This document shows, piece by piece, positions 1 to 9,406 of a stretch of DNA of 64,000 bases. The notes beneath the pieces are model-generated. The model was not told the origin of the DNA. It searched no databases and worked only from the letters and a program-made list of their open reading frames with translations. Numbering within the stretch: the first letter of the stretch is position 1; each line of letters starts with the position of its first letter. A program made the translations under genes and the position numbers. This stretch comes from an uncultured Rhizobium sp. (lineage in GTDB: Bacteria; Pseudomonadota; Alphaproteobacteria; Rickettsiales; UBA1997): assembly GCA_964444545.1 (NCBI GenBank), contig CAYUHG010000002.1:45989-109988 (forward strand), read 5' to 3'.

Positions 1-111
1 CTTGTCAAACTTCGGCCTTTTTTGCCCTTCAGGATAAGTCAAAGCACCTTTGCGACCGCAAGAGGTGAGGGCGAAAAGAGCAATTAAAATTAAACAAAAT
101 GTTTTTTTCAT
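1..111 (-). CDS. small lipoprotein, N-terminal part only (runs off window start); LptM/YifL-like position downstream of argH
   Basis: Minus-strand ATG at 111-109 overlaps the argH stop (TAATG). Translates [37 protein letters not shown], with a signal peptide and lipobox L-T-S-C. Absent from the ORF track because it is truncated. Confidence 0.5.
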   Translation of the reverse strand, partial: MKKTFCLILIALFALTSCGRKGALTYPEGQKRPKFDK

Positions 112-1505
112 TATTTACCCAAAAACTTTTTTGCTTTGGCGATTTCTTCTTTAACTCTGACTTGCGAGGTTCCGCCAATACTAGTTCGGCTCGCAACAGA
201 ATTTTCTACAGAAAGAACATCGAAAATTTTAGCTGTGATTCTTTTTTCAACTTTTTGCATTTCAGCAAGTTTAAGTTCGTGAAGGTCAATCCCTTTGGTT
301 TCAGCCATTTTGACGATTGTGCCAGTGACGTGATGCGCATCACGAAATGGCATTTTTAAATTTTTTACTAACCAATCTGCTAAGTCAGTTGCAGTTGAAT
401 AGCCGCCGCCAGCCATCTTAAACATTTGTTCTTTGTTAACTTTCATGTCAGAAATCATGCCAGACATGGCGCGTAGGCACAAACGTGAATTTTCTGAGGC
501 ATCAAAAACTGGTTCCTTGTCTTCTTGCATATCTTTGGAATAAGTCAAAGTCAGGCCTTTAATCGTTGTCAGAAGTGAGATTGTTGAGCCAAAAATTCGA
601 CCAGATTTTCCGCGAACTAATTCTGCCGCGTCAGGATTTTTTTTCTGTGGCATGATTGAAGAGCCAGAAGTAAAGGCATCAGAGAGTTTGATAAATTCAA
701 AACCTTTGCTCATCCAAATCACAATTTCTTCGGCGAAACGTGAAAGATGTGTCGCGATCAATGACAAGCAGAACAAATATTCGATGGCAAAATCGCGATC
801 AGAAACTGAATCCATCGAGTTGGCTGTCGGACGATCAAAACCAAGTTCTTTGGCGGTAAAATTACGATCAATTGGGAAAGAAGTTCCCGCCAAAGCGCAA
901 GCGCCCAAAGGACATTCATTCATTCGGACACGTAAATCTTGCAGACGAGAAGCATCGCGCTTGAACATTTCGAAATATGCCAACAAATGATGCGAAAATA
1001 AAACTGGTTGCGCCACTTGTAAATGAGTGAATCCTGGCAAAATAACTCCGAAATTTTCGTCAGCTTTTTTCACCAAATTTTTCTGTAAATCTTTGATCAG
1101 AACTAAAACTTCATCGATTTCTTCACGGACAAAAAGACGAAAATCAACTGCAACTTGGTCGTTGCGTGAGCGCGCGGTGTGAAGCTTTCCGGCTGTGTCG
1201 CCAATAATTTCTTTTAAACGTGATTCGATATTCATGTGAATATCTTCAAGTTCGATTTTGAAATTGAATTGGCCACTATCGATTTCTTTTTCGATTTTTT
1301 TCAGCCCATCAATAATTTTTTTGCTTTCAGCAATTGTTAAAATTCCAGCTTTCACCAACATTTTTGCGTGAGCTGTAGAGCCTTTAATATCTTGCTTGTA
1401 GAGCTTTTTATCGAAAGTAATTGATTGGTTGATTTCTTGCATCAGATCAGACGGTTTGGCATCAAATCTGCCGCCCCACATCTTGTTGGATGATTTTTTT
1501 GGCAT
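111..1505 (-). CDS. argH: argininosuccinate lyase
   Basis: 464 aa. N-terminus MWGGRFD and fumarate-lyase signature [12 protein letters not shown]. Confidence 0.95.
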   Translation of the reverse strand: MPKKSSNKMWGGRFDAKPSDLMQEINQSITFDKKLYKQDIKGSTAHAKMLVKAGILTIAESKKIIDGLKKIEKEIDSGQFNFKIELEDIHMNIESRLKEIIGDTAGKLHTARSRNDQVAVDFRLFVREEIDEVLVLIKDLQKNLVKKADENFGVILPGFTHLQVAQPVLFSHHLLAYFEMFKRDASRLQDLRVRMNECPLGACALAGTSFPIDRNFTAKELGFDRPTANSMDSVSDRDFAIEYLFCLSLIATHLSRFAEEIVIWMSKGFEFIKLSDAFTSGSSIMPQKKNPDAAELVRGKSGRIFGSTISLLTTIKGLTLTYSKDMQEDKEPVFDASENSRLCLRAMSGMISDMKVNKEQMFKMAGGGYSTATDLADWLVKNLKMPFRDAHHVTGTIVKMAETKGIDLHELKLAEMQKVEKRITAKIFDVLSVENSVASRTSIGGTSQVRVKEEIAKAKKFLGK

Positions 1506-1602
1506 GAGTAAAATTGTGATTTAACATTTAGCATTTAGCATTTTCATTAATGCTCGACTACAAGTTAGATGTCGTCAGTTAAATGTTAAATAATAAGTTT
1601 GT

Positions 1603-2769
1603 ATGCATCAAAGCTGGGATATTCAATCCAATCGTCCGTTTGATCGTCGCCATCTTAATGTTTTTAAAAAATGGTGGATTGATATCGACAAGATCAACTT
1701 CCTCATTGTTTTGGGAATCATTATTTTTGGTCTGATGATGACCGCTAGTTCTAGTCCGGCGATTGCCAAAAGAATCGATGTTGAGAAATTTTTCTTCCTA
1801 AAAAAACAGCTCATTTTCGCTGCTATTTCTTTGTTTTTGTTGGTTTCAATTTCTTTTCTCGATCAGCAAAAAATTAAAGTGATGTCGGTAGTTGGACTGG
1901 TTAGCGTGATATTTTTATTGGTACTGGTTTTATTTTTTGGATCAGAAGCAAAAGGTGCAAAAAGATGGATTGCAATTGCGGGTTTTACCCTACAACCATC
2001 TGAGTTTGCCAAAGCATTCTTTGTCATTGCTAACGCTTATATTTTTCAAAGATTTAATCACGATGAATGGTGGAGAAAATACGGAATTTCTTTCTCACTT
2101 TATTTGATCATCATTTCTCTTCTCTTACTCCAGCCTGATTTTGGAATGACTTTAACTTTCACTGCACTTTGGTTAGTGCAAATTTTTGCTTACGGTTTAC
2201 CACTTTTTATTATTGTGGGGATTGGTGTGGCTATTGTGATTGGAGGTGTTGGCGCATATTTGGTTTTCCCTCACGTTGAAGATCGTATTAACAAATTTCT
2301 TGATGCTGATGGAAAGAATTATCAGGTGGAAAGATCGCTGGATGCTTTTGTGAATGGCTCTTTTCTTGGTAAAGGGCCGGGAAACGGTGTGGTGAAAAAA
2401 TTTATTCCTGATGCTCACACTGATTTTATCTTCGCTGTTGTTGGTGAGGAATATGGCATTTTAGCTTGTACTATCATTATTGCGATCTTTGCTTATTTGA
2501 TTGCACGCATTGTGAAACGTGCTTTGGAAGAAGAAGATTCTTTTATTTATTTAGCCTTGTGCGGCTTGATGATGCAGTTTTCGATGCAGGTAATTGTTAA
2601 TATTGGTGTAAGTTTGCGCTTAATGCCAACTAAAGGTATGACGTTGCCATTTATTAGTTACGGTGGTTCATCAATGATGTCGACGGCGATTTGTTTCGGA
2701 TTAATTTTGGCTTTTACCAAACGCAAATATCACCGCGATGTTGATTATGGCAATCTGCGTTTGATGTAA
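1603..2769 (+). CDS. SEDS-family peptidoglycan glycosyltransferase (FtsW/RodA family)
   Basis: 388 aa polytopic membrane protein. Motifs LQPSEFAK, DFGM, PDAHTDFIF and GMTLPFISYGGSS. Confidence 0.85.
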   Translation: MHQSWDIQSNRPFDRRHLNVFKKWWIDIDKINFLIVLGIIIFGLMMTASSSPAIAKRIDVEKFFFLKKQLIFAAISLFLLVSISFLDQQKIKVMSVVGLVSVIFLLVLVLFFGSEAKGAKRWIAIAGFTLQPSEFAKAFFVIANAYIFQRFNHDEWWRKYGISFSLYLIIISLLLLQPDFGMTLTFTALWLVQIFAYGLPLFIIVGIGVAIVIGGVGAYLVFPHVEDRINKFLDADGKNYQVERSLDAFVNGSFLGKGPGNGVVKKFIPDAHTDFIFAVVGEEYGILACTIIIAIFAYLIARIVKRALEEEDSFIYLALCGLMMQFSMQVIVNIGVSLRLMPTKGMTLPFISYGGSSMMSTAICFGLILAFTKRKYHRDVDYGNLRLM

Positions 2770-2833
2770 TTTTTGCTACAATTTTTATGGACCCTGTCAT
2801 TCGACGGGGTCTACTTTCAGTAAAATAATCATC

Positions 2834-3265
2834 CTATTTTTTAAGCGCTGAAGACATCGAAAATCTTACTGTATCTTCGCTATCTTCGGCATCATTTTCG
2901 ATAAATTCGATTTCAAGTTTTTCGCCGTCGCGTGCAAAACTTGAATGTTTTTGATCATTTTTCATCAACTTCCAGCCCATTTGGGGTAAGGTTTTTAAGT
3001 AGAATCCTTGAATTGCCTCTAAATCAATTGAGCTTTTGTAATCAACAACAGCGAAGCTCCCAGATTCAGAATCAAAATTAACATCATCAGTTTCGACTAA
3101 CTCGAGGTTGCTAACCAAAGGAATATCTTCGCTGCCTTTAACGAAGTCACTTGCTGTGAGGTCGTTATTAATGATTGTGGGTTGTACAGGATCGTTAATC
3201 ACATCATCTTGAATACAAGAACAGAGCAAAAAAGTGGCGAAAATTATCAGTAAATTTTTCTTCAT
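2834..3265 (-). CDS. hypothetical lipoprotein
   Basis: Start taken at MKKNLLIIFATFLLCSC (lipobox LCSC), 2 nt after the mutM stop. No recognisable domain. Confidence 0.6.
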   Translation of the reverse strand: MKKNLLIIFATFLLCSCIQDDVINDPVQPTIINNDLTASDFVKGSEDIPLVSNLELVETDDVNFDSESGSFAVVDYKSSIDLEAIQGFYLKTLPQMGWKLMKNDQKHSSFARDGEKLEIEFIENDAEDSEDTVRFSMSSALKK

Positions 3266-3267
3266 AA

Positions 3268-4080
3268 TTACCTCTGGCAAGTTGGACAATAAAAGCTGGA
3301 GCGACCATTTTGTTTTATCTTGGTAATTGAATCGCTACATTGCAAACAGTTTAATTTTTCACGCCCGTAAACTTTGAAAGTATTTTGGAAATTTCCTAAA
3401 TCGCCCGATGCTGTAACATAATCTGAAATTGAAGATCCACCCAAATCAATTGCGCGTTTGATGACTTTTTTGATTGATGAAATCAGTTTTTTTATTTCCG
3501 AATCTTTAAGTGATGAAGCAGCTCGGAGTGGTGAAATTCCTGAATCAAAAAGTGATTCGTTAATGTAAATATTACCAACTCCAACGACAATTTCGTTATC
3601 CATCATAGTGGTTTTGATGTTCATTTTTTTGTCAGATAATTTGCCTTTCAGATCAGCAAAATCAAACTCGTCAGCAAGTGGTTCTGGCCCTAATTTTGCT
3701 AACATTTTGTGATTTTTTAGATTTTTAGTTTCGACTAAATCAACAAAACCAAAACGACGCGCATCGTTTAGAATCAAATGTTTGCCATCTGTAAATTCTA
3801 CTGCAAAATGATCGTGTTTTAACTTTTTGAAATCGCGATTAACTGTGACTTTTCCACTCATTCCCAAATGCACGATCAGACTTTTTTTATTGTCGAAATG
3901 AATAATTAAATAACGTGCTCTTCTGGTGATTTCTGTAATCTTAGCATCTTTCAAAGCTTGTAAATCAAGGCTTGAGTTAATTCGCATTTTTTTATCTGAG
4001 CGAAAAACTTTGATAATTTTCTGACCAACTAAATTTTCCAAACCACGGCGCACCGTTTCAACTTCAGGTAATTCAGGCAT
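3268..4080 (-). CDS. mutM: formamidopyrimidine-DNA glycosylase
   Basis: MPELPEVETVRRGL N-terminus and C-terminal zinc finger CLQC...CPTCQ. Confidence 0.95.
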   Translation of the reverse strand: MPELPEVETVRRGLENLVGQKIIKVFRSDKKMRINSSLDLQALKDAKITEITRRARYLIIHFDNKKSLIVHLGMSGKVTVNRDFKKLKHDHFAVEFTDGKHLILNDARRFGFVDLVETKNLKNHKMLAKLGPEPLADEFDFADLKGKLSDKKMNIKTTMMDNEIVVGVGNIYINESLFDSGISPLRAASSLKDSEIKKLISSIKKVIKRAIDLGGSSISDYVTASGDLGNFQNTFKVYGREKLNCLQCSDSITKIKQNGRSSFYCPTCQR

Positions 4081-4151
4081 AAACTATTTTTGATTTTAGT
4101 TTTTTGTTTTAGATTTTGCTAAGTTAGTAAATCTAAAATCCAAAACAAAAA

Positions 4152-4829
4152 ATGCCTCACAAATTAGAATTACCTTCTGATGCTAAAGATAATCGTGTTT
4201 TAATGCACAGCTGTTGTGCGCCTTGCGCCGGCGATTTAATGGAACGCATGAAAGAATCGGGAATTGATGTGACGATTTTTTTCTATAATCCAAACATTCA
4301 TCCCAAAAAAGAATATTTGATTCGTAAGGAAGAAAATATTCGCTTCGCCGAAAAGTTAGGAATTCCTTTTGTTGACGCTGATTACGATGTGCAAAATTGG
4401 TTCAAACGCGCCAAAGGAATGGAGTGGGAACCAGAGCGCGGAATCCGCTGTACTGCTTGTTTCGATATGCGTTTTGAACGTACTGCACTTCATGCTTTTG
4501 AAAATGGTTTTTCCACAATCACTTCTTCTTTGGGAATTTCGCGCTGGAAAAATATGGATCAAATTAACGACTGCGGAATCCGTGCTGCTGGTCATTACGA
4601 AGGTGTGAATTATTGGACTTACAATTGGCGCAAAGAAGGTGGTGCAGCGCGAATGTATGAAATCGCTAAACGCGAAGAATTTTATAAACAGGAATATTGT
4701 GGTTGCATTTTTTCCCTTAGAGATTCAAACGCTTGGCGTGTAAAAAACGGTCGCGAAGAAATCAAGATCGGAGAAGAGTTCTACTGTGAAAGCGGAATCG
4801 AAAAAAGTCTAACTACGAATAAAGAATAA
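4152..4829 (+). CDS. queH: epoxyqueuosine reductase QueH (DUF208)
   Basis: [11 protein letters not shown] and YCGC cysteine motifs; about 225 aa. Confidence 0.85.
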   Translation: MPHKLELPSDAKDNRVLMHSCCAPCAGDLMERMKESGIDVTIFFYNPNIHPKKEYLIRKEENIRFAEKLGIPFVDADYDVQNWFKRAKGMEWEPERGIRCTACFDMRFERTALHAFENGFSTITSSLGISRWKNMDQINDCGIRAAGHYEGVNYWTYNWRKEGGAARMYEIAKREEFYKQEYCGCIFSLRDSNAWRVKNGREEIKIGEEFYCESGIEKSLTTNKE

Positions 4830-4833
4830 TTCA

Positions 4834-5880
4834 GTGTCACGCCAGCATAAAGAATTAGGTACGGAACATCTTGCAACTTTGTGGGGAAAGATTCTTGCAA
4901 CAGAAGTTAACGTTGAGAGCGGCTTTAACCAAGTAACAGAGTTTTTTGCTAATAAGGCTAATAAAAAATCTTGTGACTTAGCTTTATTAAATGTGTTCCT
5001 CGAGTTTTTTAATAAGCATAAAGAACAGGCTGGCAAATTTTTCCCAGATATTGCAATACATGGGTTTGAAGGATTTTGTCTTAAAGTTATCACATCTTAC
5101 TTGTCTGAAAATATTAACACGAGATCAGAAATTGAAACGTTGCTAAAATTTTTCCCAACTGCCGAAGTGCGCGATAAATTAGTTATTCATGAAGTGAAGA
5201 AACATACAATAAATGCTGATGGATGGTCGAAAGTATCTAAATTATTGCCAATGATTTCAAATGAAACTTGGTGTTGTGAGGCAATGTTAAGATTTTCTAG
5301 ATTGCCTGGTGAAGAGTTTGGAATTGGGTTTTTGCAAGAATGTGTTGCTATGTTGAGTGATGATCGCAACAAATCAAATTTGATTATGCAATGGAGTGAA
5401 TCAGGTCACAGTTTTGACTTACAATCTATTAACGGAATTGCTTATTTTCGCCAAATTTTTTCTACACTTTCTGATCAAAGTGTCAGAAGTAATTTAGCTT
5501 CTCAAATTTTGATGGCTGAAAAAGCTGAAGACAAAAGAGCGCAGAATTTAATGGGAATGATTCAGTCCGATATTTTTAGCGATCAAGATTTTATTGAGAT
5601 AAAAAGAAAAATTGGATTTGCTGATAAGAATCCATTCGCATTAATCAGAGTTGCACAGCTATCGACTGCAGCAGAGGTGCATGTTGTTTCTGATAATGAA
5701 GTTGCATCATTTCCTACAGCTATAGAAGTTATAAATCACCATGATAAGGAAGTTTTACCAGAGCAAAAAGTTAGACCGAAATCAAATATAAAACCGATCA
5801 GTTCTGTCAATCATGGTGTTGTAAATCCAAGTGCTGGATGGGAAATAAAATTTTTTATTAAAAACTATTCTTCTCGTTGA
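4834..5880 (+). CDS. hypothetical protein (orphan, no recognisable domain)
   Basis: 348-aa ORF with a GTG start 5 nt after the queH stop. Its stop overlaps the ansB start (ATGA). Confidence 0.5.
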   Translation: MSRQHKELGTEHLATLWGKILATEVNVESGFNQVTEFFANKANKKSCDLALLNVFLEFFNKHKEQAGKFFPDIAIHGFEGFCLKVITSYLSENINTRSEIETLLKFFPTAEVRDKLVIHEVKKHTINADGWSKVSKLLPMISNETWCCEAMLRFSRLPGEEFGIGFLQECVAMLSDDRNKSNLIMQWSESGHSFDLQSINGIAYFRQIFSTLSDQSVRSNLASQILMAEKAEDKRAQNLMGMIQSDIFSDQDFIEIKRKIGFADKNPFALIRVAQLSTAAEVHVVSDNEVASFPTAIEVINHHDKEVLPEQKVRPKSNIKPISSVNHGVVNPSAGWEIKFFIKNYSSR

Positions 5881-6926
5881 TGAAAATTACAAAACTATTT
5901 TTTTGGGTAATTTTTTTAACTTTTTCGCTGTCGGCTCACGCTAAAAATATCGTGATTCTAGCAACTGGTGGAACGATTTCCGGAGCTGGCGCTTCTTCAA
6001 CTGGTGCTTCATATTCAACAGGGAAAGTTGACATCGAGCAAATCATCAAAACTGTTCCAGGGATTACCAAACTAGCAGGAATTAAAGCTGAGCAAATTAT
6101 GCAAGTTTCTAGTCAGGATATGACTTCAGAAACTTGGTTGGAAATTTCAAAGAAAGTGAATGAGATGTTGGCGTTACGCGCCGTTGAAGGTGTAGTGATA
6201 ACTCATGGAACTGATACGATTGAAGAAACTGCCTATTTCTTGAATCTTACTGTTAAAAGCAGAAAGCCGGTGGTGATTGTTGGTTCAATGCGTCCTGGTA
6301 CTTCATTAAGTGCTGACGGTCCGCTAAATCTTTACAATGCGGTAGCTTTGGTGGCAAGTGATGTTGCCTTCAATAAAGGTGTTTTGGTGATGTTAAATGA
6401 TGAAGTTTTCGCCGCGCGTGATGTGGCTAAAACTCACACAACCAACGTTTCATCTTTCAAATCAAATAATTCCGGCGCGATTGGCATTGTGCATTATGGT
6501 AAACCAGAAATCTATTATGCGCCGCTTAGACTGCATACTGCTGATACGATGTTTAATATCAGAAAAACTGAAGTTTTGCCAAAGGTTGATATCGTTTACG
6601 CCTATGCTGGATCTAATGCGAGTATGATTGATAAGCTTGTTGAATCTGGTTCAAAAGCTATAATTGTCGCAGGAGTTGGTGATGGCAACATCGACAAAGC
6701 TAGTGTCGAAAAATTAAGAGAAGCGGCGAAAAAAGGAGTTCTGGTAGTTAGAAGTTCCCACCTTGGTGCAGGGATTGTGGCCAGAAATGCTGAAATTAAT
6801 GATGATGAATTTGGTTTTGTAACAGCGGATAATTTGAGTCCGCAAAAAGCTCGAGTGTTAGCGATGCTTGCTCTGACGAAGACTGATGACGTGAAAATAA
6901 TTAAAGAGATGTTTGAAAGATATTGA
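5877..6926 (+). CDS. ansB: periplasmic L-asparaginase (type II)
   Basis: Signal peptide, then ILATGGTISG and HGTDTIEET catalytic motifs. Confidence 0.9.
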   Translation: MMKITKLFFWVIFLTFSLSAHAKNIVILATGGTISGAGASSTGASYSTGKVDIEQIIKTVPGITKLAGIKAEQIMQVSSQDMTSETWLEISKKVNEMLALRAVEGVVITHGTDTIEETAYFLNLTVKSRKPVVIVGSMRPGTSLSADGPLNLYNAVALVASDVAFNKGVLVMLNDEVFAARDVAKTHTTNVSSFKSNNSGAIGIVHYGKPEIYYAPLRLHTADTMFNIRKTEVLPKVDIVYAYAGSNASMIDKLVESGSKAIIVAGVGDGNIDKASVEKLREAAKKGVLVVRSSHLGAGIVARNAEINDDEFGFVTADNLSPQKARVLAMLALTKTDDVKIIKEMFERY

Positions 6927-6948
6927 TCCAAAACAACGCAAAAAAAAA

Positions 6949-6979
6949 GCCAGACCCGATAAAGGTCTGGCTTTTTTTT
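6949..6979 (+). terminator. rho-independent terminator after ansB
   Basis: gccagacc-cgataaa-ggtctggc hairpin followed by a T8 tract. Confidence 0.7.
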
Positions 6980-6994
6980 GGAGCGGGCGAAGGG
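6979..6994. repeat. 16-nt duplicate of the tRNA-Gly 3' end (tggagcgggcgaaggg)
   Basis: Identical to 7121..7136. Both copies are preceded by an A-tract, hairpin and T-tract module. Confidence 0.7.
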
Positions 6995-7081
6995 TAGAAA
7001 ACGTGCTAAAACGCACGTTTTCGGTGCAGATCTTTATTTGAAATGAGATATGAAATGGGCAACGCCGGAACAATTTAGCGC

Positions 7082-7120
7082 AAAAAAAAAGGTCCGACCT
7101 TTTAAGGTCAGACCTTTTTT
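7082..7120 (-). terminator. hairpin terminator downstream of tRNA-Gly
   Basis: ggtccgacc-ttttaa-ggtcagacc flanked by A9 and T6 tracts (bidirectional design). Confidence 0.6.
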
Positions 7121-7195
7121 TGGAGCGGGCGAAGGGATTCGAACCCTCGACATTCACCTTGGCAAGGTGACACTCTACCACTGAGCTACGCCCGC
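7121..7195 (-). tRNA. tRNA-Gly (anticodon GCC), CCA encoded
   Basis: Reverse complement is GCGGGCGTAGCTCAGTGGTAGAGTGTCACCTTGCCAAGGTGAATGTCGAGGGTTCGAATCCCTTCGCCCGCTCCA. It folds as a cloverleaf by hand, with anticodon loop TTGCCAA. Confidence 0.95.
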
Positions 7196-7353
7196 GTAAA
7201 TTATCAATTTTTTGTAATTGAGAAAAACGAAGGGTGCGCAACTTATGAACCCTAAAAATAATTTGCAATGTTCAAATCGAAAAACTAATTTGCCGACGTT
7301 TTGATATATGCTGTCCTTCCTTTATTTTAAAGCCTTCCAAAGATTATAGAGAC

Positions 7354-7971
7354 ATGAAAATTTTTAACAGCTTTCGTTTTTTCTTGGCGATTTTCCTTTT
7401 AACTTTCTCAGCTTCATGTGTTGAAACTGTCGTGGGAGGATCTTTTGTTACTGCTGCAGTTGCCACTCGTGAAAAAAGTTTAAAAAATACTCGTTATGAC
7501 ATTCAAATCTACACGACTTTGAGTGCTGATTTTGTTCAAAACGGTTTGAAAAATTTTGGTAATTCAATCGACGTAACGGTGAATGAAGGACGTGTTTTAT
7601 TGACAGGTATTGCTCGCGATGTGCAAAAAGCTAAACTTGCTTCTGATCTTGCGTGGAAAGTGATCGGCGTGAAAGAGGTAATTGACGAAATCCAAGTTCG
7701 TGATGGCGAAGGAATGCATATTTCTGATTATACCTCTGCTGTGTATGATTATTTCATTACCGGCAAAATCGAAGGTCGCCTTTTCATGAGCAAAAAAGTT
7801 TCAACCTTTAACTACAAAGTCACTACTGTAAGCGGAACTGTTTACATGATTGGCGTAGCGCAAAATGAATCTGAACTGGAAAAAGTTATCAGTATCGTTT
7901 CAAAAATGCGTGGCGTTAATAAAGTTGTAAGTCACGTGATTTTGGTCAATGACCGTAGAAGAAATGGCTAA
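7354..7971 (+). CDS. BON-domain (OsmY-like) lipoprotein
   Basis: Signal peptide and lipobox FSASC. Two BON-like modules (VTVNEGRVLLTGIA..., VTTVSGTVYMIGVA...). Confidence 0.8.
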   Translation: MKIFNSFRFFLAIFLLTFSASCVETVVGGSFVTAAVATREKSLKNTRYDIQIYTTLSADFVQNGLKNFGNSIDVTVNEGRVLLTGIARDVQKAKLASDLAWKVIGVKEVIDEIQVRDGEGMHISDYTSAVYDYFITGKIEGRLFMSKKVSTFNYKVTTVSGTVYMIGVAQNESELEKVISIVSKMRGVNKVVSHVILVNDRRRNG

Positions 7972-9406
7972 TGTTGACGGCGACAATCAAATTATAACCT
8001 TCGGTTGTCGCTTAAATGCCTATGAATCTGAAGGCATAAAAGAAGCTCTCAAGCAAACTGATCAAAAAAATCTTATCGTTTTCAATTCTTGTGCGGTGAC
8101 TTCGCAAGCGGAAAGAGATTTGCGAGCTGCTTTGCGCAAAGCTCGAAAAAATAATCCTCAAGCAAAGATTGTTGTTACTGGTTGCGCGGCGCAAGTTAAT
8201 CCAGAAAAATATGCCAAAATGGCGGAAGTGGATTTGGTGTTGGGGAATGTTGAGAAATCTGATCCGGCTAGCTATTCCACTCAAACGTCATCCTTGGATC
8301 ATAGAGCCGAGGATCTCGATAGTTTAAGTTCCGAAGAAAACCTAAAAAGATCTTCGATACTGCGTATCAAGGATGACGTTTACGAGCCCGATATTTCTCA
8401 CAAAGATCGCATTTTTTTTGCAGAGAAGAAATCTGCTCAACCTTTTTTAACCGACTTCGAAACCTCTAAAATCAAGGTTAACGACATTATGTCGGTGCGC
8501 GAAACTGCGCCACAACTGGTTTCTTATTTTGAAAATCAAACTCGCGCTTTTTTAGAAATTCAAAATGGCTGTAACCATCGTTGTACTTTTTGCGTAATTC
8601 CGTTTGGTCGCGGTAATTCTCGTTCGGTGGCTTTTGGTGAAATCGTTGCACAAGTTAAAAAAATGGTTGCTGCAGGCCACAAAGAAGTGGTGTTTACAGG
8701 AGTTGATATTTCTGGTTATGGCGAAGATTTGGCGATTAAAATCACTTTGTCGCAGATGATTAAGCGTTTGCTCAAGTTGGTTCCCGAGCTGCCACGTTTA
8801 CGTTTATCCTCAATTGATGTTGCTGAAATTGACGAAGAATTTTTTGAAATATTGCGTACCGAACCACGTTTTATGCCGTACTTGCATTTGAGTGTGCAAT
8901 CAGGAGACGACATAATTTTGAAAAGAATGAAACGCCGTCATACGCGCCAGCAAGTTTTAGATTTTTGTGAAAAAGCTCGCCAAATCAGACCAGACATGAC
9001 TTTCGGTGCTGATATTATCGCCGGATTTCCGACAGAAACGGACGAGATGTTTGAAAATTCGCGCAAATTAATTGAAGAGGCGGGAATAATTTTTACTCAT
9101 ATTTTCCCTTATTCAAAACGCGATGGAACGCCAGCTGCCAAGATGCCGCAGCTTAATGGACAGATTATCAAAGAACGTGCTAAAATTTTGCGTGAAGTTG
9201 GTGCTTCAGAAATGCAAAAATCTTTACAAAGGCAAATTGGCAAAACTTGTAGCGTAATCATTGAGAAAGGCGGTGTTGGAAAAACCGAGAATTTTTTGGA
9301 TGTAAAAATTAATGATGGCGAAAAAATAACTGCTGGCTCTATTATCAACGTCACTATTGCTAGTCTCAACGACGATGGAACTCTGCAAGCAAATCTCTCA
9401 AAATAA
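7949..9406 (+). CDS. mtaB: MtaB-like tRNA methylthiotransferase (radical SAM)
   Basis: N-terminal MTTase domain (ITFGCRLNAYESE), radical-SAM CNHRCTFC and C-terminal TRAM-like region. An alternative start is at 7964. Carries an in-frame repeat insertion (see findings). Confidence 0.85.
   Translation: MTVEEMANVDGDNQIITFGCRLNAYESEGIKEALKQTDQKNLIVFNSCAVTSQAERDLRAALRKARKNNPQAKIVVTGCAAQVNPEKYAKMAEVDLVLGNVEKSDPASYSTQTSSLDHRAEDLDSLSSEENLKRSSILRIKDDVYEPDISHKDRIFFAEKKSAQPFLTDFETSKIKVNDIMSVRETAPQLVSYFENQTRAFLEIQNGCNHRCTFCVIPFGRGNSRSVAFGEIVAQVKKMVAAGHKEVVFTGVDISGYGEDLAIKITLSQMIKRLLKLVPELPRLRLSSIDVAEIDEEFFEILRTEPRFMPYLHLSVQSGDDIILKRMKRRHTRQQVLDFCEKARQIRPDMTFGADIIAGFPTETDEMFENSRKLIEEAGIIFTHIFPYSKRDGTPAAKMPQLNGQIIKERAKILREVGASEMQKSLQRQIGKTCSVIIEKGGVGKTENFLDVKINDGEKITAGSIINVTIASLNDDGTLQANLSK
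8287..8377. repeat. family-1 palindromic element copy inside the mtaB coding sequence
   Basis: Terminal inverted repeats gtcatcctt...aaggatgac, with internal gaggatc/gatcttc arms matching the intergenic copies. Confidence 0.75.

Noticed and set aside
99-990. ORFs 99..359 (+) and 652..990 (+), antisense to argH
   Set aside because: They lie entirely inside the well-supported argH gene on the opposite strand. They have no recognisable motifs and a composition typical of antisense frames.
6858-7268. 136-aa ORF on the minus strand spanning the tRNA-Gly region
   Set aside because: It reads through the tRNA gene and two terminator hairpins, so it is an artefact of a non-coding region.
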